Assembly (NCBI GenBank): GCA_963704165.1
Contig: CAVPHD010000004.1
Span: 1 to 64,000 of the forward strand
Origin: an uncultured delta proteobacterium
GTDB taxonomy: Bacteria > Myxococcota_A > UBA9160 > SZUA-336
Direction: 5' to 3'
DNA: 64,000 nt
Made by a program: the position numbers and the translations under genes. How positions within the stretch are numbered: the first letter of the stretch is position 1; the number at the start of each line of letters is the position of its first letter. Under the pieces are notes generated by a model. That model saw only the letters and a list, made by a program, of their open reading frames with translations, did no database searches and was not told the origin of the DNA. Positions 51,672 to 62,113 of the stretch are shown here, piece by piece.

Positions 51672-52477
51672 CCGTTGACCTCTTCGAGCGGGTTCTCGCC
51701 CGCGGCCGAGACCGCGCCGAAGACGGCGTTCAGTCCGCCATCGACGCTGAGCGCGACCCCGGTGATGAACGACGCCTCATCGGAAAGCAGGAACGCGACG
51801 GTGCGGCCGACGTCCACCGGCTCGCCGACGCGCCCGATCGGGTGGATCCGCGCGAAGATTCCCTCGGTGAAGACCTTGTTTCCGTGAAGCGGGCCGAGGA
51901 TCGGTGTGTCGATCACGCCGGGGCAGACGGCGTTCACGCGGATCTTGTGGGGTGCAAGGTCGGCCATCGCGCACTTCATCAGGCCGAGCACGCCGTGCTT
52001 CGACGCGCAGTAGCTGCCCATCGCCCCGCCGCCGCGCAGCCCCGCGTCGGACGACGTGATCACGATCGCCCCGCCGCCCGCGTCACGGATCGCGCGGGCC
52101 GACGCCTGCAGTCCGTAGAAGACGCCCGAGAGATTCACGGCGATCGTTTTCGCCCACTCGTCGAGCGGCGTGTCGAGCACGTTCGATGTGGCCGCGATGC
52201 CCGCGTTCAGGTGCGCGAGCTCGAGCTTCCCGAAGTGCTTGCGCGTCGCTTCGACCGCGCGAAGGTTGTCGTCGGGATCGGTCACGTCGAGGCGCAGGCC
52301 GATCGCCTCTCCGCCCGCGCGCGCGATTTCCTTCGCGACCGCCTCGGCGCCCTCCGCGTTCAGATCCGCGCACGCCACGCGTGCGCCCTCGCTCGCGAGT
52401 ACGAGCGCGCTGCCACGGCCGATGCCCGACGCTGCGCCCGTCACCAGTGCCACCTTGCCCGAGAGTCGCCCCGCCAT
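51668..52477 (-). CDS. SDR oxidoreductase
   Basis: TGAASGIG, NAG, YCASK. Confidence 0.9.
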   Translation of the reverse strand: MAGRLSGKVALVTGAASGIGRGSALVLASEGARVACADLNAEGAEAVAKEIARAGGEAIGLRLDVTDPDDNLRAVEATRKHFGKLELAHLNAGIAATSNVLDTPLDEWAKTIAVNLSGVFYGLQASARAIRDAGGGAIVITSSDAGLRGGGAMGSYCASKHGVLGLMKCAMADLAPHKIRVNAVCPGVIDTPILGPLHGNKVFTEGIFARIHPIGRVGEPVDVGRTVAFLLSDEASFITGVALSVDGGLNAVFGAVSAAGENPLEEVNG

Positions 52478-52568
52478 CGCCTGTCCTCCGTGTTCCGCCG
52501 AGCATATCCCGGACGGACGTCTCGTTGCGAGGCGCGAGGCGCGGCTTCGCTCGGCTATCCTGCGCACC

Positions 52569-53480
52569 GTGGGGAAGCCCGTCGTCTCGTCTCGACGCGT
52601 GGTCGTCGTGTCGCTCCTGGTCGACGTCCTCGACGTCGTCACCACGCTGGTCGTCGCCGTCCTCACCGGCAGCGCGGTCGTCTTCGCGGAGATGGTCCAG
52701 GGGATCGCGGACGTCGCGGGGTCCTCTCTTCTCGTCGTCGGCGAGCGTCGCTCGCGCTTGCCCGGCGATGCCGCGTACCCGTTTGGATATCGACGCGAGA
52801 TCTTCTTCTGGTCGCTGCTCTCGGCCGTGATCATGCTCTTCGTCGGTGGCGGGCTTTCCTTCTGGCGCGGCTACCGGCAGCTCGTCGAGCCCGGAGTCGT
52901 GAGTCACCCGCTTCTCGCGCTCGCGGTGCTCGTCCTGTCGGTAGTCACGAACGCGTACGCGGTGGGACTGAGCGCGCGCCGGCTCGTCGCGATGCAGGGC
53001 AGCCTGCTCGTCGCCCTGCGCACGCACGGACATCCGTTGGTGAAGACCGCGTTTCTGCGCGACGCCGTCGGGACGACCTCCGCGGTACTCGGCTCGGTCG
53101 CCCTGATCCTGCATGCTGCGTACGGGGCCGTCTACTTCGACGCCCTGGGGGCCCTGGTCGTGGCGGTCCTATTGGTTGCTTTCTCGCTCGTGGTGATCGT
53201 CCAGGCGCGAGCGCTGATCGCGGGACGAGCCGTCCCGGCGCACGAACTCGAGCGAATCCGCGAGGCGGTTTGCGAGACCCCCGGCGTCGTCGCGCTGAAC
53301 CGGCTGGCGGCGGTCCACTCCGGGGCCTCCGAGGTCCACGTCGAGCTCGACCTCGACCTCGACGCCGATCTCGACACGACGGGAATCGAGGGCCTGCTCG
53401 ACGAGATCCAGCGACGCATCCGCGCCGTCGTTCCCGGGACCGACTCCGTTCGCGTGGACTTGAACTCGCCGCATCCCTGA
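52569..53480 (+). CDS. Cation diffusion facilitator transporter
   Basis: TGS....AE......D, YPFGYRRE.FFW, C-terminal dimerisation domain. Confidence 0.85.
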   Translation: MGKPVVSSRRVVVVSLLVDVLDVVTTLVVAVLTGSAVVFAEMVQGIADVAGSSLLVVGERRSRLPGDAAYPFGYRREIFFWSLLSAVIMLFVGGGLSFWRGYRQLVEPGVVSHPLLALAVLVLSVVTNAYAVGLSARRLVAMQGSLLVALRTHGHPLVKTAFLRDAVGTTSAVLGSVALILHAAYGAVYFDALGALVVAVLLVAFSLVVIVQARALIAGRAVPAHELERIREAVCETPGVVALNRLAAVHSGASEVHVELDLDLDADLDTTGIEGLLDEIQRRIRAVVPGTDSVRVDLNSPHP

Positions 53481-53574
53481 TCGCGGCCGGTCGGGGGTCC
53501 TGCGTCAACCTGCCGCATCCGCATTTCGGGTATGCGCCGCTAGCTTGCGTCGGAACATCGCGGATGGCATCGGG

Positions 53575-54387
53575 ATGAACGGCTTCGAGAACACGCTCGC
53601 CACGACGACGGCACACGCGGGGATCGCGGGCCTCTTTCCGCGCGCTCGCGGTGGCCCCGTCGCTCGTCGCGTGCCGACCCGACTCGTCGCTCCGGAGCCG
53701 CTGCCGCCGGGACGTCGCTCGCGAAACGGTGGCTGGCTCGCTCTCTCCGTGCTCCTGCACGCCGTCGTGCTCGCCGTTCTTCTGCTCTGGCCGGTTCGAC
53801 ACGAAAATGTGTCGACCGAGGTGATCCCGATCGCCTGGGTGCTCGTCGAGCCCGAGCCGGAATTCGCGCCCGCCTCGTTCGCGCCCGTTGCGCGGGCCGA
53901 GCCCGTGCCGGTGCCGGAGCAGGCGCTGCCGCGCCATGGCCCCACCACACGCCCGCCCGCAAAGCCGCAGCCGCTCCGCGACGCGACTCCGGCGCCCGCC
54001 GCCCCGCCCGCGCCGACGTCGGCAGCGGCGGATCCGCAGTCGGCCGCCGAGGCGGCCACCGCGCCGGTCGGAGAGGGCGGCCGCACACGGGCCGGACACG
54101 GCGCGGGCAGGGTGCGCACCTGGATGCCCCGTGGCGGGTCGCAGCCGCCGCCCGTCTACCCGGCCCGCGCGCGGCGCGCCGGGATCGAAGGCACGGCGGA
54201 GGTCGAGCTCTTGCTCGAGTCCAGTGGCCGCGTTTCGCAGGTGCGGCTGCACGGCTCGTCTGGCGACGAGGGTCTCGACGTCGCGGCCCTCGATGCGGTT
54301 CGGCGCTGGCGCTTCGACCGGCCGCCGTCGGAGGCGAGCTGGCGCGGTCGTTGGTTCCTGGTCCCGATCAAGTTCAGGCTGGAGTGA
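53575..54387 (+). CDS. tonB: TonB energy transducer
   Basis: SVLLH TM, Pro-rich linker, YP..ARR.GIEG, SSG...LD.AA...VRRWRF; start uncertain. Confidence 0.88.
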   Translation: MNGFENTLATTTAHAGIAGLFPRARGGPVARRVPTRLVAPEPLPPGRRSRNGGWLALSVLLHAVVLAVLLLWPVRHENVSTEVIPIAWVLVEPEPEFAPASFAPVARAEPVPVPEQALPRHGPTTRPPAKPQPLRDATPAPAAPPAPTSAAADPQSAAEAATAPVGEGGRTRAGHGAGRVRTWMPRGGSQPPPVYPARARRAGIEGTAEVELLLESSGRVSQVRLHGSSGDEGLDVAALDAVRRWRFDRPPSEASWRGRWFLVPIKFRLE

Positions 54388-54441
54388 GTGGACGTTCGCC
54401 AGCCTGGGAATGCCGATCACAAGCAATCAGTGGAGATACGC

Positions 54442-55284
54442 ATGTTCGGAAGCCAGATCCATTCGAGGTTCGCAAGCCGGTGGCTCGTACTGGCCGCGGC
54501 TGTCGCTCTTCTCGGGCATGCAGCCGCTGCATCGGCCGCCTCGATGCCACCCTCGTGGATGCCCATGACGATGCTGGTCGTGTCCTACGACACGGCCACG
54601 CAGCGCCTCGACGTCCAGGACCCATCGGCGCCAGTGCTGTTGGCGTACGACACGAACGCCATGGGCGGGCCGGATTGGACCGCTTCGACGTTTGCGGACT
54701 TCGATCCCGTCGAGCCCTGGTCGGTGCTGCAGAACAGCGCGTTCAGCCGGCAGCTCGGTTGGTGGGCCGGCAGCGGATCCGCATCGATCACGCTGCAGTC
54801 GGACATCGAGGCCGCCTTCGGGCCGGGAGCGAGCATCTGGATCCAATCGATCTCGATCTCGCACGGTCTGGAGAGCTACCTCGCCGTCGGGCGGTACGGG
54901 GTGAATGTCGACAACACGACGACGGTCGACCCCAACGCTGACGGCTACTCGGGCATCTTCGGTACTGCGGGCAGCAGCGCGCGATGGCAGTGGGACTATC
55001 AGATGGACCACAACACCTACGCCGTGTCCTGGGACCACCTGGCGCCGAACCAGCAGTACTCGGCCACGTACAAGGTCTACATCGGAGATGCCTCCGGCAC
55101 CGAACTCGCTGGCGCGGTCGCTGCGAGCAGCATCGAGACGTGGACCTGGTCGGCACCGGCCTCGGTTCCGGTACCCGAGCCCGCGATGGGCGGCCCCCTG
55201 CTGGCGGGTCTGGTCGGACTGCTCGCGTTCGGCAGGCGGCGAGTCATCCGCGCGGATTCCTCGAAGAAGAAACCCGGAGCATGA
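54442..55284 (+). CDS. Met-rich PEP-CTERM surface protein
   Basis: Signal peptide; VPEP + TM + RRR tail; SMPPSWMPMTML and QMDH. Confidence 0.85.
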   Translation: MFGSQIHSRFASRWLVLAAAVALLGHAAAASAASMPPSWMPMTMLVVSYDTATQRLDVQDPSAPVLLAYDTNAMGGPDWTASTFADFDPVEPWSVLQNSAFSRQLGWWAGSGSASITLQSDIEAAFGPGASIWIQSISISHGLESYLAVGRYGVNVDNTTTVDPNADGYSGIFGTAGSSARWQWDYQMDHNTYAVSWDHLAPNQQYSATYKVYIGDASGTELAGAVAASSIETWTWSAPASVPVPEPAMGGPLLAGLVGLLAFGRRRVIRADSSKKKPGA

Positions 55285-55955
55285 CGAAGGCGATTCTGAT
55301 CGCGAGCCTGCTCTCGCTCCTTGCCGTCGCTCCTGTTGGAGAGGCCGGTGTCACGACATATCTCGTCGTTGCGACTTTCCGCGAGCCCGATACCCAGCCC
55401 AACGACACGATCTTCACGGGTTCGTTCGTGTACGACGATGTGCTTCTGCAGGTGTCGAGTCTGCAGGGTCAGCTCACTGAGTCGATGACCGGAATGCCGG
55501 GCGGAGGCGGCATGAATCAGCTCGTGCTCGGCCATCAGCTCTCGTCGATCCACCACGCAGCGCTCGGCGGCCTGCTCGTGACCACGTTCCTGAGGAACTC
55601 CACGCCGACCCTCTCGACGATGGGCGGCGGCGACGGGTGGACGCCGGGTACCGGATATGGGCTCTATTACGGCTTCCCCGGCGCCAATCCCGGAAACGCC
55701 TACGTCAGGATCTTCGTCAACACGGCGAATCCGACGGCGCCGCCGACGCAAGCCCAGATCGACAAGCTCGCGTATGCGGACTGCGCTCCCAACGGAATGA
55801 TGGGCGCGACCTGCATGACGGGAACGACGGTGGCGGGGTACGGCACGATCGGAACGATGAGCGGGTACCCCATCTCGCAGGTGATCACGGCGATGCCGGC
55901 CGTTCCCGTCTTTCCGCTGGGCGCGGATCGCAGGACGACAGAGTCCGCCTGGTGA
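55281..55955 (+). CDS. Secreted Met/Cys-containing protein
   Basis: ATGA overlap; signal peptide; ESMTGM, DCAPNGMMGATCMTG, GTMSG. Confidence 0.75.
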   Translation: MTKAILIASLLSLLAVAPVGEAGVTTYLVVATFREPDTQPNDTIFTGSFVYDDVLLQVSSLQGQLTESMTGMPGGGGMNQLVLGHQLSSIHHAALGGLLVTTFLRNSTPTLSTMGGGDGWTPGTGYGLYYGFPGANPGNAYVRIFVNTANPTAPPTQAQIDKLAYADCAPNGMMGATCMTGTTVAGYGTIGTMSGYPISQVITAMPAVPVFPLGADRRTTESAW

Positions 55956-56037
55956 GTCCGGCGGGTTGAGGGTGCCGCCACGAGTCTCGTGGGAACGTCG
56001 CCTCCACTGAGTCACGAGCCCATGGAGCGCCATTCGC

Positions 56038-58303
56038 ATGTCCCTAGCTCTCTTGCTCGCCGTGCTTCTCGTTGCGACTTCGTTCGAGGTCTCGGCAGAG
56101 GAGCCAGCGACGGACTCGGACGCAACCACGCCCATCGAATCGACGGAATCGTCCGACGAGGACGCCGCGCCGGTCTCACTCGACGAGGTCGTCGTCACGG
56201 GTGCCAAGCCAAGCGAGTCACCCGTGTCAGGCACGCGCATTGGTGAGCCAGAGCTCGCCTCGCGCCGCGCGTCGGCGACCGACACCGCACGCCTGCTGGA
56301 AGACGTTCCCGGCGTGAGCCTCTACGGCGGCGGTGGCATTTCGAGCCAGCCCGCGATCCATGGTCTGGCCGACGATCGGTTGCGCGTCCAGGTGGACGGG
56401 ATGGACGTCACCTCCGCGTGCTCCAACCACATGAACTCGCCGCTCTCGTACATCAGCCCGAGCCAGGTTCGCAGCGTCACCGTATTCGCCGGCCTCACGC
56501 CGGTCAGCGTCGGCGGAAACAGCGTCGGCGGCACGATCCAGGTCGAGTCCGCTCCGCCCGAGTTCGCAAGCGCACCGGACGAGGTTCTCACCCGCGGGCA
56601 TCTCGGCGGTTTCGTGCGCAGCAATGGCAACGGCATCGGGTACGACGTCGCCGCAGCGGTCGCAGGACGGGATCTGCGTGTCTCGTACAGTGAGTCGACC
56701 GCGCGATCCGACGACTACTTCGCCGGCGACTCGTTCAAGGCCGCGGGTCAGGCCGCGCCTCTGCGCGGTTGGCTGGACGGGGACGAGGTGGGATCGAGCG
56801 CCTGGGACGGCACCACGAACCGCGACGTCGGGCTCGCGTTCCGGCGCGAAGGGCATCTGCTGCAGCTGAACCTCGGCCGACAGAACGTCGGCTTCGAGGG
56901 CTTTCCGAACCAACGCATGGACCTGACCTCCAACGAGAACACGCTCGGCAACTTGCGCTACACGGGGCAGTTCGATTGGGGCGCGCTGCAGGTGCGGCTC
57001 TTCGACCAGGACACGCGCCACGAGATGGACATGGGTCCGGACCGGTTCTTCTACGGCTTCGGCATGCCGATGGACTCGGAGGCGACGAATCGAGGCGCGA
57101 ACGTGAAGGCGAGCATCGAGCTCTCGGACCGACACGTTCTGGGCGTGGGAAGTGAGTACCTGACGTACCGTCTCGACGACTGGTGGTCGCCGGTCGGGGC
57201 CAGCGGCTCGATGTGCTGCGAGAAGTTCTGGAACGTGAGAGATGGTGAGCAGAGCCGCCTCGGAGCCTACGCAGAGTGGGAAGCGCGCTGGAGTCCGACG
57301 TGGCTCAGCCTGGTGGGAGTTCGCTGGGATCTCGTGTCCTCCGATGCGGGAGACGTGCAGGGCTACAACGACAGCATGTCGATCTGGAGCAACGACGCCG
57401 CGGCGTTCAATGCGCGCGACCATCGCCGATCGGACAGCCACGTCGATCTGGTGGCGCTGCTTCGCTGGGTCCCGCACGAGATGGCCACGATCGAAGGCGG
57501 CTACGCGCGAAAGACCCGCTCACCGAACCTGTACGAGCGTTACGCATGGTCGACGAACGCCATGGCCGCGTTGATGAACAACTTCGTCGGCGACGGTAAC
57601 GGCTACATCGGCCGGATCGATCTCGAGCCGGAGGTCGCCCACACGCTGAGCGCTTCGGGCGAGCTGCACGACGCGGACCAGAGCGCATGGAGCGTGAAGG
57701 CGACGTTGTACGCGACCAGGATCAACGACTTCATCGACGCTCGCCGCTGTGACTTCGGCCAGTGCAGCGCGGCGAACTCCACGGCGATCGACTCCTTCGT
57801 CTTTCTCCAGTACGCGAATCAGTCGGCGTGGCTCCATGGGGTGGACCTCTCCGGTCACTGGCTCCTGGGGCGATCCGATCGATTCGGCGGCATCACGGCG
57901 CGGGGTTCGCTCAGCTACGTGCGCGGACGGAACCGGAAGACGGACGACGATCTCTACAACATCATGCCGCTCAACGGAAAGCTCGCGCTGGTGCACGACC
58001 TCGGCGGCTGGACCAGCGCCGTCGAGTTCAGTGCGGTCGCATCGAAGACGCGGGTCTCGTCGGTGCGGAACGAAGTGCAGACGGGCAACTATTCTCTGGT
58101 CGACCTGCGCACCAGCTACACGTTCGCCCACGCCCGCGTCGACCTCTCGCATCGAGAACCTCTTCGACCGCTTCTACTCGGAGCCTCTGGGGGGCGCCTA
58201 CCTCGGACAGGGACTCTCGATGTCTACGTTCACCATCCCCTGGGGAACCCCGGTTCCCGGCGCGGGACGGTCGGTGAACGTCGCACTGAGCCTCGACTTC
58301 TGA
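56038..58303 (+). CDS. TonB-dependent receptor, OprC-type copper transporter; frameshift near 58148
   Basis: TonB box DEVVVTG; plug ACSNHMNSP (CxxxM); HEMD (HxM); IENLFD...GRSVNVALSLDF tail in the next frame. Confidence 0.88.
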
Positions 58304-58408
58304 GCGCACGCCGAGCGGCTCTGCGGATTCGAGCACCGAGCTCGATCCGCGCGTTCGGGGTCGAACCGGTACTTCCATTCGAGAGCGGGTCGCGCCCGTG
58401 GCGGGATC

Positions 58409-59776
58409 TCAGGCGGCGATCGCGGAGATCGGCCAGCGCAACGTCACCGCGAGCCCGTTCCCGCCCGGCCCCGCGTCGAGCTCGAGTGCGGCCCCGTGGA
58501 GCGTGGCGATCCGCTTCGCGATCGCAAGGCCGAGGCCGGCGCCGCCCTCGTCGTTTCCGAGACCGCGGTAGAAGCGATCGAGAACCCGCGCGCGCTCCGC
58601 GGCCGGAATTCCCGGGCCCTGGTCGAGGACTCGCAGCCAGGCCTGCGACGGGCTGCGTCCGATCTCGATTCTCACCTCGCTTCCTCCGATTCCGTAGCGG
58701 AGCGCGTTGTCGGCAAGGTTGCGAATCAACACGTGCAGGAGAGGCGCGTCGGCGCGCACCGTGATCGGCGCCTCCTCCCGGAGCTCCATGTTCACACCGC
58801 GAGAGTGCGCGCTCGGGGCGATCTCGGCGAGCACTTCACGCGCGATGCGTCCGAGGTCACAGGGCGCGAGCCGCTCGCGGAACTCTCCTGCCTCGAGGCG
58901 CGCGAGCGTGAGAAGCTGCTCGGAGAGACGAGCGGCGCGGTCACAGCCCGAGATCACCTGATCGAGCGCGTGCGCACGCTCGTCGTCGCTTCGCGAAGCG
59001 CGTGCCACCTGCGCCTGCGCGCGGATCGCGGCCAGCGGCGTCCGCAGCTCGTGCGCGGCATCGGCGGTGAAGGCGCGCTCCCGCTCGAGCGATGCCTCGA
59101 TTCGCGCGAAGAGCTCGTTCAGTCGATCGACCAGGATGCGCACCTCGCGCGGAACGCGATCGATCCCGACCGGCTCGAGGCGCTGCGGATCGCGTGCGGC
59201 GACGGCTTCGGCGAGCGATCGCAGGGGGGCGAGCGCGCGCCCGATCGCGAGGATCAGGCCTGCGCCGAGGAGTGGCAGCGCGACCACGAGCGGTACGAGC
59301 AGGTGTCGTCCAATCTGTGCGCTGACCGCTTCCCGCGCGTCGACTCGTTCGGCCATCTGCACGAGCACGCGGCGATCCAGCGCCCAGGTGCTGAAGACCC
59401 GCCAGCGCACGCCGTCGATCCTGGCGTGACTGAAGCCCGTCTCCTTCGCAGAGAGCTTCTTTCGCGGCGCGTTCTTCGAGTGCAGGCGAAGAGCGCGACC
59501 GTGCTCCCAAACCTGGAACGCGACGTTTCGCGCGTAGCGGTGGAGCTCGGGCGCGTGCTCGAGTTCGAGTTCGTCGTCGTCGTCGTCGTCGTCACCGCCC
59601 TCGGAGATCTGCGCGACGAGCAGGGCGGCCGATTGCGCGAGATGGGCGTCGAAGAGATCGTCCATCTCGTGGCGCGCGCGCAGCCAACCTGCGAGCGACA
59701 CGCCGAGCCACACGATCGACACCGCGCCGAGGACGGCACCGACGAGTCTGCCGCGGAGCGAGGCGGACCGGCTCAC
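58409..59776 (-). CDS. Sensor histidine kinase, QseC/PmrB-like
   Basis: DAAHELRTPL, NLADNALRY, DQGPG, RFYR, GAGLGL. Confidence 0.92.
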   Translation of the reverse strand: MSRSASLRGRLVGAVLGAVSIVWLGVSLAGWLRARHEMDDLFDAHLAQSAALLVAQISEGGDDDDDDDELELEHAPELHRYARNVAFQVWEHGRALRLHSKNAPRKKLSAKETGFSHARIDGVRWRVFSTWALDRRVLVQMAERVDAREAVSAQIGRHLLVPLVVALPLLGAGLILAIGRALAPLRSLAEAVAARDPQRLEPVGIDRVPREVRILVDRLNELFARIEASLERERAFTADAAHELRTPLAAIRAQAQVARASRSDDERAHALDQVISGCDRAARLSEQLLTLARLEAGEFRERLAPCDLGRIAREVLAEIAPSAHSRGVNMELREEAPITVRADAPLLHVLIRNLADNALRYGIGGSEVRIEIGRSPSQAWLRVLDQGPGIPAAERARVLDRFYRGLGNDEGGAGLGLAIAKRIATLHGAALELDAGPGGNGLAVTLRWPISAIAA

Positions 59777-60438
59777 GTCAAGTCCTTCGGCAGCAGGTAG
59801 CCTACACCGCGAATGGTCACGATCACCTCGGGCGCGAGCTTTCGGCGCAGATGATGGACGTGGACCTCGATGGCATTCGACTCGACCTCCTCGCCCCAGC
59901 CGTACACGCGCTCGGCCAGCTGCTCCTTCGAGAGAACTCGCCCCGCGCTTCGCGCCAGCTCGTGCAGGAGCGCGAACTCGCGAACCGGGAGATCGACCGA
60001 GTGGCCGCGAAAGCGAACCGAGTGCGCGGAGGGATCGATCTCGAGCGGACCGACGGCGAGCACCGGCGCGGCCCGGCCGGCGGAGCGCCGGACCAGTGCG
60101 CGCAGCCGCGCCGCGAGTTCGCCGAGATCGACCGGTTTCACGAGATAGTCGTCAGCGCCCGCGTCGAGACCCGCGATGCGATCTGGAATGGCGTCGCGCG
60201 CGGTCAGGATCAGCACCGGAACGGCATTTCCCGCCGCCCGCAGGCGCTTCAGCAAGTCCAACCCCGAGAGCTTCGGGAGCCCGAGGTCGAGCACGACGGC
60301 CGCAAACGGCCCGCCCGCGAGCGCGTCGAGCCCCGCGCTGCCGTCCCGCACCCAGTCCGCCGTGAAGCCGGCCTGCGCGAGGCCGACGCGAAGCGCGTCG
60401 CCGAGCAGTCGATCGTCTTCGACGACGAGCACTCGCAT
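59773..60438 (-). CDS. OmpR-family response regulator, QseB/PmrA-like
   Basis: VEDD, LDLGLP, GADDYLVKP, SNAIEVHVHHLRRKL, TIRGVGY. Confidence 0.93.
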   Translation of the reverse strand: MRVLVVEDDRLLGDALRVGLAQAGFTADWVRDGSAGLDALAGGPFAAVVLDLGLPKLSGLDLLKRLRAAGNAVPVLILTARDAIPDRIAGLDAGADDYLVKPVDLGELAARLRALVRRSAGRAAPVLAVGPLEIDPSAHSVRFRGHSVDLPVREFALLHELARSAGRVLSKEQLAERVYGWGEEVESNAIEVHVHHLRRKLAPEVIVTIRGVGYLLPKDLT

Positions 60439-60467
60439 CGGCCGTTTCTTCCCCCGCGCTCTCGCGC

Positions 60468-61166
60468 TCAGTCCCTGTGCCCCGAGCGTACCCCTGAATG
60501 CTCGGTCGTCGCGGCGATGGAGACGCTCTGCAGGTTCGCCGCCAGCCGCCGCTCTCGGCCAATGATCCCCGGCAGCCACAGACCCGCCAGCGCAACCAGC
60601 AGCAGAAGCGCGGCGAGCGGACGCGAGCTCCGAATCCCGTCCTCCGGCGATCCGCGCTTGCGGCCCGTGACCAGCGAGAGCGCGAGGTTCTCGCGCTGCA
60701 ACACGCTCAACGCCACGACGCCGAGCACGTGCCCGACGACGGTGATGAGCATGACCGTGGCCGCGATCTCGTGGGCCTCTTCCAGCCACTCGCCGCCGAG
60801 CTCCGCATAGACCGCCCATCCCGAAGCCGCCACGGCGAAGCCGAGTCCGAGCAGCAGGGGGATCATCACGACCCCGGCCGGGCTGTGTCCGGCATGCCGT
60901 TCGGCTCGTCCCTGCACCAGCGACACCAGATAGGACCGGACCTTTGCGGGTCCGAAGCGCAGCGCCGAGAAACGCGCGTGGCGGCTGCCGACGAAGCCCC
61001 ACACGAGGCGGAACGCGATCGACGCCGCGAACGTGTAGCCGAAGAGGAGGTGCAGGTCGCGCAGTCGCTCGCTCTCCGCCGTCAGGAACGCCCCGACGAA
61101 GCTCGAAGCGAGCACCCAGTGGTAGATCCGTAGCGGCAGGTCCCATACGAGAATTCGCTCGTTCAT
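60468..61166 (-). CDS. Cytochrome b/b6-domain protein
   Basis: VWDLPLRIYHW, FRLVWGFVG, GHSP.G, HE..A, HV.GV, ENL. Confidence 0.9.
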   Translation of the reverse strand: MNERILVWDLPLRIYHWVLASSFVGAFLTAESERLRDLHLLFGYTFAASIAFRLVWGFVGSRHARFSALRFGPAKVRSYLVSLVQGRAERHAGHSPAGVVMIPLLLGLGFAVAASGWAVYAELGGEWLEEAHEIAATVMLITVVGHVLGVVALSVLQRENLALSLVTGRKRGSPEDGIRSSRPLAALLLLVALAGLWLPGIIGRERRLAANLQSVSIAATTEHSGVRSGHRD

Positions 61167-61645
61167 TTCGTCTGTTCCTTCTTTGGCAGCCGCAGGCTGC
61201 GTTCGGAGTAGGAGCCCTGCGCGGCGCCGCGATGGCAGGCCGCGCAATTCGAGGGCTTCAGGGCGTCGGGTTCCCGCCAGAGGCGGTCGGGAACCTCGTC
61301 GTGCTCGTGGCGGAACCAGCGGGTCTCGGTGATGCGGAGGAGCGGAGCTCCGCCGTCGGCCGTCGGCCGGGATCGAGCGGAGCTCGACAGATGGGCGCGA
61401 ATCGTCTCGAGCGCGATCGGATCTACGCTCGCGTCGACGCCGAAGTGCCGATCGAGTCCGCCCAGGACGGCGCTCCACGAAGCCGCATCGAGCATTCGGC
61501 CGGGAAACGCGACGTGACAGGATCCGCATTCCTCGACGTAGTCCGGCGGAAGCGGCACGCGCGGCGAATCCGCTCGGCCCGAGTCCGATGCGAGAATCGA
61601 GACTGCGATGCTCGACAGGATCAGGCTCTTGATGCGGGTGCTCAT
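61163..61645 (-). CDS. dhc: Diheme cytochrome c (DHC)
   Basis: ECGSCH, HFG.DAS, RITETRWF..EH, SNCAACH. Confidence 0.88.
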   Translation of the reverse strand: MSTRIKSLILSSIAVSILASDSGRADSPRVPLPPDYVEECGSCHVAFPGRMLDAASWSAVLGGLDRHFGVDASVDPIALETIRAHLSSSARSRPTADGGAPLLRITETRWFRHEHDEVPDRLWREPDALKPSNCAACHRGAAQGSYSERSLRLPKKEQTK

Positions 61646-62061
61646 CGCGCGCCTCCTTCGCCCACCGTCATCAGCCAGACCAGTAGATCGCCCTTCTCCT
61701 GCGCGCTGCAGGGTCGCTTCAGGACGTCGTTGCAGTTGCGCCTGAACCACTTCTCGACGGTCGCGGGCCGGCTGAATCGCTTGGGATTCGCGGCGGGAGC
61801 GAGCGGCTCGATCGCCTGCCCGGTGACGACGTGCCTACCGGCCGCGCTCGGATTGCTGCCGTGACAGGAAGCGCAGCTCCAATCGCCACCGTGCGTGGCT
61901 CCGTAGAACGATTGACCCCGCGCGGCCGAGAAGCCAGCGAACGCGGGATCGGCGCTGCGCGCTTCGGTCGCCAGCGCGGCTTCGAAGTCCGCGGGCCGCT
62001 CGGCGCGAGCGGGCGAGACGCCGAGCGTCAGCGCCGCGGCGATCAAGATCGTGGATCGCAT
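61642..62061 (-). CDS. shp: Sphaeroides heme protein (SHP/DUF1924)
   Basis: SCASCH, PLAPAANP.RF, VEKWFRRNCNDV..R.C. Confidence 0.88.
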   Translation of the reverse strand: MRSTILIAAALTLGVSPARAERPADFEAALATEARSADPAFAGFSAARGQSFYGATHGGDWSCASCHGSNPSAAGRHVVTGQAIEPLAPAANPKRFSRPATVEKWFRRNCNDVLKRPCSAQEKGDLLVWLMTVGEGGAR

Positions 62062-62113
62062 GGGCAGGAACCTCCGTCGAGGGATTCGACGGGGGGAATG
62101 CTCACGGCCGCTG

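Noticed and set aside
58148..58764. Extended C-terminus of the TonB-dependent receptor (908 aa ORF)
   Set aside because: Frameshift product; the real barrel end with terminal Phe is in another frame stopping at 58303
59571..59594. (GAC)n tandem repeat as a contingency locus
   Set aside because: In-frame triplet encoding poly-Asp; cannot switch phase
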